DNA from: Chrysochromulina tobinii
Taxonomy: Eukaryota
Length of the DNA stretch: 47,540 nucleotides
Assembly: GCA_001275005.1 (NCBI GenBank)
Contig: JWZX01003186.1
Span: 1 to 47,540, forward strand
Direction: 5' to 3'
The stretch's first letter is position 1. Each line of letters starts with the position of its first letter. The notes beneath the pieces were generated by a model that saw only the letters and a program-made list of their open reading frames with translations, did not search any database and was not told the DNA's origin. The position numbers were made by a program, and so were the translations under genes. This document shows positions 29,091 through 38,498 of this stretch, piece by piece.

Positions 29091-30584
29091 CTAGGTCGCA
29101 TCCGCCAGCTTCGCCGCACGGCGCTGTGCCAGCACCTGCTTGCGCCCGCCATCCTTGGCAAAGTACCAGATCAGCCGGTTGCCCCACGGCTGCACCTTCT
29201 TCATCTGCGACTGCCATTCCTCATACACCTCCGAGTACGGCGCCATCTTCACCGCGAGCTTGCCGAAGGTCTTGTCGTTCCACGTCGGGCCCAGCAAGCC
29301 CATGCTCTGCCCGATCAGGCTCAGGACCATCGTGGCCGTTCGACGGTTACGCTCGGCCGCGTCAGCTTTCATCCCCTCGAGGAGGTAGGCCGCGTAGGAG
29401 GAGATGGCTTGCACATCGGCCAGCCGGCGCTGGTTGAACGTCGCAAACCAGGGCCCCGAGGCGCCGCCCGGTGAGGAGCCGAGCGCGTCGATCAAGACGC
29501 GCACGTCCTCCAGAGCAGCATTCATGCCTTCGCCAGTGCTCGGGATCGTCGAGTGCGCCGCATCGCCGAGGAAGCACACCCTCTCGCCGTAATTCAGCCG
29601 GCTCACACGCACGACCTGCCCAGTGAACGAGCGGCGCGTAAAGAAGCGAGCGTACTCCTCCTCTTCGATCATCGAGACGGCGGGAGGGCAGTGCTCCCTC
29701 ATGTGCGCCTTCAGCTTCGCCACGAGCTCTGGCGTTGGTGCATCCGCCAGCATCCAGTCGCCGTCCGCCTGCAGCGTCTTGTTGACAGAGAGGGAGAAGG
29801 CCCATCTTTGCCCGGTCAGCACAGCGCAGTAGATGCCCGCCGTCGTGAAGATGTAGTGGTCTTTGGGCTTGAGCGTGTGCCCGCCCGACGGCGGGTCCGA
29901 GGTGAAGAGGTTGCGAAAGTGGATCTCCCAAGGCCAGGTCTCCACTTTGAAGGTGGGGTCGGCTGCTGCAACGGCGGTGCGCAGCTTGGACCAGCAGCCC
30001 GTCGCGTCGATGAGACGACTGCGCGAGTAATCCACCACGTGCTGCGTGCCGTCTGCGAAGAAGGTGAGCGTCGAGTTCTCCACGTCGGCGCTCACGAGCT
30101 TGTGGCCGAGCTTGATCTCGATCCCCGGCGTTGCTATGGCAATCTTGTACAAGCCTTGAACCACCGATCCTCGGGTGGTGCCCATGACGGTGCCGCTCTC
30201 CATCCGAGCGATCTTCTTCATCGGGGGTGCCATGATCATCCACGCATCGATCATTCCTGTGCTGACGTCGATCTCCTTCTCCAAGTTCGGGTCAACGCGC
30301 TTCAGCGTCGCCATGCCGCGAGGGTTGATGCCAATCGCATAGCTCTCGAGATCATCTTGTTGCACGCTGCTCAGACTGTCATAGACTTCGACCTGCATGC
30401 CATGGTCACGAGCGAGCAAGACTGCAGCGGCCAGACCGGACCCTCCGGCACCAAGCACGATCATCTTGCCCCCCCCCTCGGATAGAGCCGCTGACTGCGA
30501 TGGAGTCTCGTGTGGTTGCGGGGCCACCGGCATGGAATCGTGCGAGCGCGATGGGAAGCACCCCTGTGTGATCGCGTTGGACAT
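29091..30584 (-). CDS. FAD-dependent monooxygenase, kynurenine 3-monooxygenase-like
   Basis: GAGGSG dinucleotide-binding motif, SYAIGINPRG, IDATGCWSKLR and LGDAAHSTIPSTGEGMNAALED. Start may instead be 30695 or a downstream ATG. Confidence 0.8.
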   Translation of the reverse strand: MSNAITQGCFPSRSHDSMPVAPQPHETPSQSAALSEGGGKMIVLGAGGSGLAAAVLLARDHGMQVEVYDSLSSVQQDDLESYAIGINPRGMATLKRVDPNLEKEIDVSTGMIDAWMIMAPPMKKIARMESGTVMGTTRGSVVQGLYKIAIATPGIEIKLGHKLVSADVENSTLTFFADGTQHVVDYSRSRLIDATGCWSKLRTAVAAADPTFKVETWPWEIHFRNLFTSDPPSGGHTLKPKDHYIFTTAGIYCAVLTGQRWAFSLSVNKTLQADGDWMLADAPTPELVAKLKAHMREHCPPAVSMIEEEEYARFFTRRSFTGQVVRVSRLNYGERVCFLGDAAHSTIPSTGEGMNAALEDVRVLIDALGSSPGGASGPWFATFNQRRLADVQAISSYAAYLLEGMKADAAERNRRTATMVLSLIGQSMGLLGPTWNDKTFGKLAVKMAPYSEVYEEWQSQMKKVQPWGNRLIWYFAKDGGRKQVLAQRRAAKLADAT

Positions 30585-30860
30585 CGAAAGCGTGCGAGAG
30601 GGGAACGAGAGGGGGTGCTCCGGCAGGGCCCAGCGAACGGAGGAGACGAGCTTCGGCAACTTTCCAGCACGAGAATTCCTCAGAAGATTCTTCATAAAAA
30701 CAGAAAGATACCCCCAAGAGGCAAGTGTTTCTCCTTGACACGCTGTAAATGTAGCACAGGACCGCCGTTTCCCATGCGGATTTGCGGAGTGATTCTTCCG
30801 AGAAATGCTCAGAGCAGCGTTGCGGCATTTTCACCAGTTTTTTGAAATCGTCTCGACGCA

Positions 30861-31859
30861 ATGCGGACAGCCGTCGGGACCACCTTCACCGTCTTCACCG
30901 TCTTCAATACATCCGCCAGCTATATGCTACTCGATCACAGCAAGACTGCTGTCTCGCGCCTTCGGCCCACCTTGAGTGAGGCGAGGTCGCCGTTTTCACG
31001 TTTTCAGAGAACGCCTCAACTAACGCCGCTGCCAGGCGGCGGCGCCGCCGCACGTCTTCTGAAGCGTATTGCCTCGGCGCCCAGCTGGCAGAGCACGTCC
31101 TCCATGCTTTCGGCCGCCATCAGTGCGCTGGTAGCCGTCAGCGTTGCGGGCGCCGCGCTGCTGGCTGCGCAGCTGCAGTTCGCTGCCTTGGTTCAGCTCG
31201 CATCTAAAATGGTGGCTTGGCACATGGCTCAGTTTCGCTGGCTGATCAGCTACGTACCAGTGCCGCCCATACAGTCGCTGCTTCAGGACGCGATCGCAAT
31301 TGCGACCACCTCGCTCGTCGCCCCAATCGCCGTCGTAGCCATCTGCACGATCGCGACCGCCATCACCACGAAAGCGCCGCGGCTCGCGCCGCTCGCCGCA
31401 CTCGCCCGCGTCATCGGCCGCGCGCTCATCGCGGTCGTCGGCGCGCTCGTCGCGTGGATCGTCGCGCTCCCTTACATAGTCGGCGCAGCGCTCGTGAGCG
31501 CTTTCGACTCTGCGATCGCGCCAGTGCGCAGCGTGCTTGAGCAAGCCGAGGCGGCGCGGCTGCAGAGGGAGGCATCGAAAGTCGCCGCAGCGGCCCAGTC
31601 GAAGGCCGCTGTGGAGGCACGACGGGCGGACGAGGAAGCAAGAAGAACTGAGCTCCTCCTCAAGGCGGAGCGGCGTGAACAGGATCGATTGGACGCCGGG
31701 ATGGCGGCCTTCACGGCAGCCACCGAGAAGGCGGCGGCCAAGAAGGCAGCTGAGAACGCAAAGGAAGCGACTTCCAGGAGTCTCGATGGGGACGAGAGAC
31801 TCGTGCTCGCCTTCTGCGTGCTGCTGTTGCTAGCGCTCCAGGTGCTCGTGTCTCGTTAG
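30861..31859 (+). CDS. Hypothetical membrane protein with Ala/Lys/Glu-rich coiled coil and C-terminal anchor
   Basis: 332-aa ORF with several hydrophobic segments, a coiled coil and a terminal hydrophobic tail. No recognised family. Confidence 0.55.
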   Translation: MRTAVGTTFTVFTVFNTSASYMLLDHSKTAVSRLRPTLSEARSPFSRFQRTPQLTPLPGGGAAARLLKRIASAPSWQSTSSMLSAAISALVAVSVAGAALLAAQLQFAALVQLASKMVAWHMAQFRWLISYVPVPPIQSLLQDAIAIATTSLVAPIAVVAICTIATAITTKAPRLAPLAALARVIGRALIAVVGALVAWIVALPYIVGAALVSAFDSAIAPVRSVLEQAEAARLQREASKVAAAAQSKAAVEARRADEEARRTELLLKAERREQDRLDAGMAAFTAATEKAAAKKAAENAKEATSRSLDGDERLVLAFCVLLLLALQVLVSR

Positions 31860-32322
31860 CTCGTCGGTGTGCTGCTGCTGCTTGCTGCCGCTGCTGCTGC
31901 GCGGCGGCCAGCTGGCCCTTCGCCTCGACCGCCGCCTTAGCCAGCACGACAGCTCCTGAGCCGCCGCCAGCGCGGCCGCCTTGGCTACCGCCTCGGCCGC
32001 CGCGTGATTCGACATACGGTGTAACTCAGCGGAGAGCGGACGTTAGCACTTCCAAGAGGTCCGACGGACCTTCTGAACGCGGTCGCGGAAGCTCGCCGCG
32101 ACGCCCCGCGCGGTCCCGATCCGGCGATCGTCCCGAATTGCGAATAAAGCAAAAGCGCGCCGTACCGGGCGCTCGCATCGCCGTCCGTGGCCTGGCCAAT
32201 CGTATGAGGTATGTGTTAGGTATGTGTCCGTCTGTCTATGTGGAAATTATAATATTCCACATCCTCTACCCCGCGCGACCGTCTTGTCGGTTTGTTCATC
32301 ATGCTTGTGCTAAACAACTTAA

Positions 32323-32344
32323 TTAGGGTTAGGGTTAGGGTTAG
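32323..32344 (+). repeat. Interstitial telomeric repeat (TTAGGG)3 TTAG
   Basis: TTAGGGTTAGGGTTAGGGTTAG is directly visible and overlaps the prolidase stop codon. Confidence 0.9.
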
Positions 32345-34038
32345 AAGTCCGTCTCGGTCGTGAAGGTCGGCTCGGTCTCTACCCGCACCCGCGTGTCTAC
32401 CACCATGCGCCCCGTCTTCTTGTCGAGAGTGTGCCAACGCCTGTGGAGCCACGGCGCCGCGTCCGCGCTCGGAGGCCACTCGGCGCCGCGCCGGACGGCC
32501 TCGACTTCGCTGACGGTGCGCGGGCAGAGCGTGAGGTTGTCCACGCCTGTTTCGGTGACTAGGACCACGTCTTCGAGACGCACGCCACCGAAGCCTCGAA
32601 ATCTCGCGATCACCTCGGGCACGAGATACTGGCGGTACGCGCTCCCCTCAGCAAGTGCAGGCTCGAGGAGGGCATCGATGAAGTAGCAGCCGGGCTCGAC
32701 AGTGAGAACCATGCCCGCCTCAAGCACACGCGCAGTGCGCAGCCTCTTGAGGCCGTTGACGTCGGACCGCTTGGGAGTGTGGGGCAGGTAGCCGCCGACG
32801 TCGTGCGTGTCGATGCCAATGAGGTGGCCGAGGCCGTGCGGGGTGAAGATGTAGCCCACGTTGGCCTCGAGCATCGCCTCGAGGTCGCCTCGGACCAGCC
32901 CGGCCTTGCTCAGGTGCGTGAGCGTCACGCGCCACATGAGTCGGTGCATGTCACTCCACGGTACGCCGGGGCGCATGGCATTGAGGATCTGCCGTTGCGA
33001 GTCGAGCACGGCCTCATACACGACGCGCTGGTCGGCGCTGAACTCGTCGCTGAGCGGGAAGGAGCACGTGATGTCCGACGCGTAGAATTGGTACTCACAT
33101 CCCATGTCGAGTAGCGCCATGTCCGTCTCGAGCAACTGGCGCTCATTCGGCGCGCCCGCATGGCCGTAGTGGAGCACTGCGCCGTCGGGGCCGCAGGCAC
33201 AGATGCACGTGTACGCTTGATGGCGGCAGCCGCCGTGGAAGGCGCAGTGGAAGAGGAAGAGGGCCTCGAGCTGGTACTCGAGCATCCCGGCGCGCGCCTC
33301 GCGCATCACCGACGAGTGCGCGCAGCTCGAGACCCATGCAGCATAACGCATCACTTCAACCTCCTCCGTGCTCTTGCGCACGCGGCACTCGGCTGCCACG
33401 GTGTAGAGCGAGCGCGAGTCGACGATCGAGCCCGCGGGCACGCCCTCGGTGATGGGAAGCACGGTGGCCAGGTCAAGCCCCGAATCGCTGTTCGTGCCCG
33501 AGAGGATGTAGATCGGAGTTTGGCTCGGAGTCGCGCTACCCACGGCCCCGCCGACGGCCGCCTGAAGCTCGTTCACAAAGAGCACGGCGTCCACGCCGTA
33601 GTGCTGCTCGAACCAGCTGGGCGCCTTTATTTCGCCCATCCAGATGGCGTACTCAGGCGCGAGCTTCGGGATGAAGAGCGTCGAGCGCCCTGACGGCAGC
33701 TCGATCATCGCCCAGCAGTCCGGCTCCTTGACGCCGAACAGGTGGGCAAAGTATGACTCCTGCCTGAAGACTGGCTCATGGTCGGAGTCGTAGCGATAGA
33801 CCTCTGCGCCACCGCGCAGGAGAATGACGCCGTCAGCATGCCCCGCCGCGCCCATGGCCGCCACGAGTTTGGCACGAGCTGCGGCTGGCAATCCGCGCGG
33901 CACCCTAAAGGTGCCCGGCCCGCGCGAGAAGTAGAAGGCTTCCGCTCCGGGCTTGTCGCGGTCGCCGTCACCGGCTCCCCCGCACGGTTCACACACCGGC
34001 AACGATGGGGGCAGCACGTGCAAGAGGATTTCGTCCAT
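32341..34038 (-). CDS. PEPD: Xaa-Pro dipeptidase (prolidase, M24B peptidase)
   Basis: Motifs FRQESYFAHLFGVKEP, LHYGHAGAPN, LLDMGCEYQFYASDITCSFP, PHGLGHLIGIDTHDVGG, TVEPGCYF and GGVRLEDVV. Confidence 0.93.
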   Translation of the reverse strand: MDEILLHVLPPSLPVCEPCGGAGDGDRDKPGAEAFYFSRGPGTFRVPRGLPAAARAKLVAAMGAAGHADGVILLRGGAEVYRYDSDHEPVFRQESYFAHLFGVKEPDCWAMIELPSGRSTLFIPKLAPEYAIWMGEIKAPSWFEQHYGVDAVLFVNELQAAVGGAVGSATPSQTPIYILSGTNSDSGLDLATVLPITEGVPAGSIVDSRSLYTVAAECRVRKSTEEVEVMRYAAWVSSCAHSSVMREARAGMLEYQLEALFLFHCAFHGGCRHQAYTCICACGPDGAVLHYGHAGAPNERQLLETDMALLDMGCEYQFYASDITCSFPLSDEFSADQRVVYEAVLDSQRQILNAMRPGVPWSDMHRLMWRVTLTHLSKAGLVRGDLEAMLEANVGYIFTPHGLGHLIGIDTHDVGGYLPHTPKRSDVNGLKRLRTARVLEAGMVLTVEPGCYFIDALLEPALAEGSAYRQYLVPEVIARFRGFGGVRLEDVVLVTETGVDNLTLCPRTVSEVEAVRRGAEWPPSADAAPWLHRRWHTLDKKTGRMVVDTRVRVETEPTFTTETDF

Positions 34039-34204
34039 ATGCGGTCACAGTGCGTCCAAGACATGGCTCGTGAAATCTGCTCAGCTTGAAGGATACTTAA
34101 ACACCAGTATCGAGACCCTCTCAAGTCTACACGTTCACAGCATGTACCGTCGTTTTGTTCGGCCTCAGTTCCATTGCCTGCGACGTTTGGGTGGACGCAT
34201 CGCC

Positions 34205-34704
34205 ATGGCTGACGACCTTGCGAAGCTCCAGGCGAAGAATGAGGCACTCAAGGCGACGCTGAAGGCGCTGACGGCGCCACCGGCGGCGCCCGTCGCTGAA
34301 TCGACGAAAAAGGCGGAGTCGAAGCTCAAGATCATCGCGTTGCAGGAGAAGACGTTCGCCGAGCAGCAGGAGATTGAGCGGCTCGAGCTGGAGGCAAAGC
34401 AGCTCCTTGCGCGGGCCAAGGAGCACAGCCGAAAGAAGAAGGATATTGAGAAGGAGATTGACATCGTGCGCAACGCGGACAAGCCCGTCTGGGAGACGGT
34501 TGGCATGCAGACCATCACATATCGGGATCCCTTCCACACGGGTGTCTCGAAGCGCACACCCACCGGTGCGTGCTCCTCGCTGTTGTCCTTGCGCGTCGCG
34601 CGTTTGCGGCCCACCATGAGTTCACACCCCGCCCGCATACCTGCCCCGTCGCGTGACTCGCATCTCGACTCGATTGCTCTGCAGGCGGCTACTTCACGTC
34701 ATAG
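34205..34704 (+). CDS. Small coiled-coil protein (~126 aa) ending KRTPTGGYFTS; intron 34566-34684
   Basis: Strongly coding-like segment MADDLAKLQAKNEAL... The splice G|GTGCGT...TGCAG|GC completes GGYFTS-stop. Confidence 0.65.
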
Positions 34705-35327
34705 AGCGTTCCAGCAACAACCCACAGCCCCGCACACCGTACGCGTAGCGATCATGCTCACCTCACAGCCAGGCCGCTCATCTTACTGGCAGGCTGCTCT
34801 CCGCTCCTGCCACCGTCGCTCGTTAGCTTTCTTGCGCATGCTCTTCCGTGGCGTGTGCAGCTGTGCACGGCAATGAACGGTGTGTCATCGATCGGGAGCG
34901 CTCTCGGGTTAGTGTCGAGTCAGACGAGAGATGAAGATGGTCTGTCATGTGTATCCGGTATGTGCCCGTGGGTACCTCTAGCTACGAAACCAAGCACAAG
35001 ACGATGCGGTTCCGCGCCGCAAACGGTCATACGGTTGCTCTTGCTGCGCGGCCTGCGCCTCCACCCTCCCGTGTTCGGCGTATGTCTATCACTGTGCGCT
35101 TGCACGGCGCCCCCGGGGCCCGGGCTCCGCGGCTGGTCGCGTCTTGTCATCATTACGATACACAGCTGCCTACCGTACAGCGCTACACAGGAAGCTGTAG
35201 GTTTAGGCTGTAGCCTGTACGCGACCACAGCTGATGGGCGAACGTAACACGACTTCTGCTGGCTGTGGCGGCCGCTCTGGCCCTGGTGATTCAGCCACCT
35301 ATTCGTGTGCAAAGAAGACTCACCCAC

Positions 35328-35909
35328 TCATCGCCTCTTCTTGCCGCCAGCGTTCTTGCGCGGCGGCGGCTTGAACCTGCGCTTGAGGCCGTCAGCATGC
35401 GCAGCCTGTGACGCCAGGAACTGCGTCTTCGCGCGCTTGCGAATGGTTCCGTCTGACATGAGCTCTGCAAGAATAGAGCCCTTGCGTTCGCGGTTCGTCA
35501 GGCGGTTCTTTCCATCTTCTGCACCCTCCACAATGGTCCCCACCTGGAAGTACTTGGGGAACGCCTTGCCATCGTCGGCGGATCGGTAGAAGCGCTTTGG
35601 GTCGACCGCGTCGCGCATCTTGATGAGGAGCAGCTCACGCTTGAGCTCTTTGGTAAGCGTAGGTGCTTTCATGTGCCCCCATGCGGCGCCTGCGGTTTCG
35701 GCCTCGCCCTTCTTCTTCTTCCTCATCGGCTCCGGCAGCACACTGCTGATGAGCGAGGCTGATTCGGACGGTGGCAGCACGGGTAGAGTAGAAGCCAAAT
35801 GCGCCGCGGTCAGCGTGACAGCACCGCTAGTTGGTTTCACCTGCAGATACGCGGAAGAAGTACTCGGACCAGCATCCAGCTTCAGCGTCTTCGACTTCTT
35901 CTTGCCCAT
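35328..35909 (-). CDS. FCF2: rRNA-processing protein Fcf2 (DNTTIP2 C-terminal domain)
   Basis: WGHMKAPTLTKELKRELLLIKMRDAVDPKRFYR, FPKYFQVGTIVEG and RLTNRERKGSILAELMSD. Confidence 0.9.
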   Translation of the reverse strand: MGKKKSKTLKLDAGPSTSSAYLQVKPTSGAVTLTAAHLASTLPVLPPSESASLISSVLPEPMRKKKKGEAETAGAAWGHMKAPTLTKELKRELLLIKMRDAVDPKRFYRSADDGKAFPKYFQVGTIVEGAEDGKNRLTNRERKGSILAELMSDGTIRKRAKTQFLASQAAHADGLKRRFKPPPRKNAGGKKRR

Positions 35910-36126
35910 GAAGTGTCAGCAGCGAGTGGAATGGACTGCCAGCGACGTGGTGCCACACACGAAAGTACGGGCCAAGTTTTTAACCAGTCGAGTGAGAAGA
36001 TCCCAAGAAATGTAGCAGCTCAACCCATGCGCAACACTGCGAACTTTGACAACAAAACATTGCTACAAATGGAAGGTGATGTACGGAGTGCGCAACAATC
36101 GTGTTGGTCCGACAGAGTGCGCAACA

Positions 36127-38046
36127 ATGTCGCGACCGACATTGAACAGTAGCCACTCCTTCTATGGCGGGTTCTCGAGTCAAGGGCGCCACAGTGAAGT
36201 TTGGCATGCGGTGGTCGCTCTCGTGGCTACAATTGTCGGAGGGGGCTCGTTGTCAGTTCCTTGGGCGGTAGCCAAATCGGGCTTCGCCATGGGCCTCGCG
36301 CTGCTCAGCCTTTCAGCGGGTACCTGCGCCATCTGCGCTCACTTTCTGCTGGCTGCGGCACGGCGGCATGGTGGGCTGAGCTCCTACGATGAAGTGCTCC
36401 TCACCGCTGCTGGCAAGGGAGGGCAGCTGGCTACAATTTTCAGCGTGGTGGTCACCACATTTCTGACGCTGGTGGCAAATCAGATTCTGCTCCGTCAGCT
36501 TCTGACACCGTTGGCGAATCAGCTGCTCGATCGTGCGCTGTCTCATTGGGAGAGCGTTGCACTTGGCTGCGGTGCGGTGACGCTCATTTTCCCACTCACT
36601 TTCTTCACCTCTCTCAACTCTCTGCGCCACGTCGGTTTCCTCAGCCTTGTGTTCCTCTCGATCATGGTGGTAGCTGTGACCGTTAAGGCTGCACAGTGCG
36701 AGCCGGCGAAGCACTTCCATCCGGGGCCGCTCGTGCTGCTTGGTTCGGCGTGGGACATTCTCGTGGCCATCCCCGTGCATATCTGTGTCTTCCTATGCTC
36801 CTTCTCCGCCCTGCGTCTCGACACCGAGATGCGTACGCCCACGCGCCGGCGCATGAACATGACGATCATCCTCGCTTTCGGCATCGCGCTCTGCCAGTAT
36901 GTTGTGCTCGGCATCTCGGGCAGCTTCTACGCCCGCTGCATGGGCCGAGATGTGCCCTCAAACCTTCTCAACCTCTTTGACGAAAAGGACACGATGGCCA
37001 CAATCATGCGCACCCTCCTGTCCGTCGTACTTCTCGGCAGCCTCCCTCTCATCTGCCTGCCTTGCCGCGCGATGGCGCGCCAACTCATTTCGCTCTGCGG
37101 CGCTAGCCTCATGGCCGCACGCGTTGACAGAAGGAGCGCTGAAGATCCCGACCTTGGAACGACGACATCCTTCGACAGGGCCGATGGGTCGACGCCCTCG
37201 AATTCCAGTGGGATCACTTCGAGGCAGACCACCTCGACACCCGTGCTGCCCTTACCCTTCATGAGTGCACAAGGGGAGATGTCGCCGACCTACAGCCCCA
37301 CCTCGCACCGCCCGACGGTCGTCTCGTCGCATGGCGTGGCTGCGACCGTCACAATGACGCGGCACTCGTCTCCTCAGCTCATCTCAACGCCGAGACAACG
37401 TCAAGATGCAATCTCCCTCCACGGCGCTCAGCACGGCATGCACGGAGACGACGTGGTCCCGCTGCAGCTGCCGGCAGCCACGTACTGGCAGAGCCTCCGA
37501 ACCATCCGTGCGAGCGATACTCTGCATGGTTCAAGCTGGACATCATACGGTGACTGTGACATTTATCCGCCGCAGTGCAGTCGGCACTGCCACAGTGGCG
37601 GCTCGAGCGGCTCGGGCGCGGCCGTCGACGGTGTGCAAACGTCCTTAACACCCTCGGCCTCAGTCACCATTGGCGAGCCACTCCTCTCGGGCGCCGCTCC
37701 TGTATCCAAGGCTGAGTTGACGCCCCTCCACCGCGCCCTTTCCTCGCTGTGCCTGATGCTAATGAGCATGGGCATCGCGGCACTCGTCGATGACGTATCA
37801 GTCGTGTGGGGTCTCATCGGTAGCACCGGCGCGATCCTCCTCGGCCTCCTCTTCCCGTGCGTTGCCTATGTGAGGCTACGCAAGACGCCCACAACGAGGA
37901 CGACCTCGGTGCCGATACGCAAGGCTTTCGCGTGGCTCATCATCTTGGTCAGCGTGCCTCTCATCCCGGCATGCCTCGTCGTTGCCGTGCGTGAGCTACT
38001 CTACTGTCTCAAGGTCTCAAGGTGTGGTTATTGTGTGGTTAGCTGA
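36127..38046 (+). CDS. Amino acid transporter, Aa_trans (SLC38-like) with a long Ser/Thr-rich internal loop
   Basis: VVALVATIVGGGSLSVPWAVAKSG, SLNSLRHVGFLS, DVPSNLLNLF and VSVVWGLIGSTGAILLGLLFP. Confidence 0.85.
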   Translation: MSRPTLNSSHSFYGGFSSQGRHSEVWHAVVALVATIVGGGSLSVPWAVAKSGFAMGLALLSLSAGTCAICAHFLLAAARRHGGLSSYDEVLLTAAGKGGQLATIFSVVVTTFLTLVANQILLRQLLTPLANQLLDRALSHWESVALGCGAVTLIFPLTFFTSLNSLRHVGFLSLVFLSIMVVAVTVKAAQCEPAKHFHPGPLVLLGSAWDILVAIPVHICVFLCSFSALRLDTEMRTPTRRRMNMTIILAFGIALCQYVVLGISGSFYARCMGRDVPSNLLNLFDEKDTMATIMRTLLSVVLLGSLPLICLPCRAMARQLISLCGASLMAARVDRRSAEDPDLGTTTSFDRADGSTPSNSSGITSRQTTSTPVLPLPFMSAQGEMSPTYSPTSHRPTVVSSHGVAATVTMTRHSSPQLISTPRQRQDAISLHGAQHGMHGDDVVPLQLPAATYWQSLRTIRASDTLHGSSWTSYGDCDIYPPQCSRHCHSGGSSGSGAAVDGVQTSLTPSASVTIGEPLLSGAAPVSKAELTPLHRALSSLCLMLMSMGIAALVDDVSVVWGLIGSTGAILLGLLFPCVAYVRLRKTPTTRTTSVPIRKAFAWLIILVSVPLIPACLVVAVRELLYCLKVSRCGYCVVS

Positions 38047-38498
38047 GACAGATAGCTGAGCCGACCGCGCCCCCTGAGCCTAAGACTGAGAGTCGCTGGA
38101 GGTACACTGGAGTGTGTGTCAAACACTCGTCAGACACTGATCAAAGTGTGGGAAGAGGCTCGTCAAGTTTCATCATAGTGCGCCCATGATTCGTAAATTG
38201 TTACAGGGTTCCGTCACTAGGTGCAGATGTAGAAATCAACATCTCTCCGTGGTTTAGCCTCCGTACGAACATATGTCGACTCCGTCCCCAGTCCGCGGCC
38301 AGCCGGCCACGGCGATCGAGCTGCCATCAACCTTGTGGGATGGATGGTCATTGAGGAACTACAGTACATAGAAAGCACAGCCGTCATTTGTTTGAAATGA
38401 AGTTTGTGCGTGCCGTTGAACATGGGTAGATACATACATGTAACGCCGTATTGGTCATTTGAAACTGCAACTTGTAACGACATTTTTCCTGCTCATTC

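Noticed and set aside
31711..32015. Short Ala/Gln-rich minus-strand ORFs overlapping the 3' end of the 30861 gene
   Set aside because: Short, split across two frames and low complexity; not supportable as a gene.
33953..34876. 307-aa ORF as listed
   Set aside because: Its N-terminus overlaps the PEPD start and its C-terminus reads through a probable intron; the spliced 34205-34704 model fits better.
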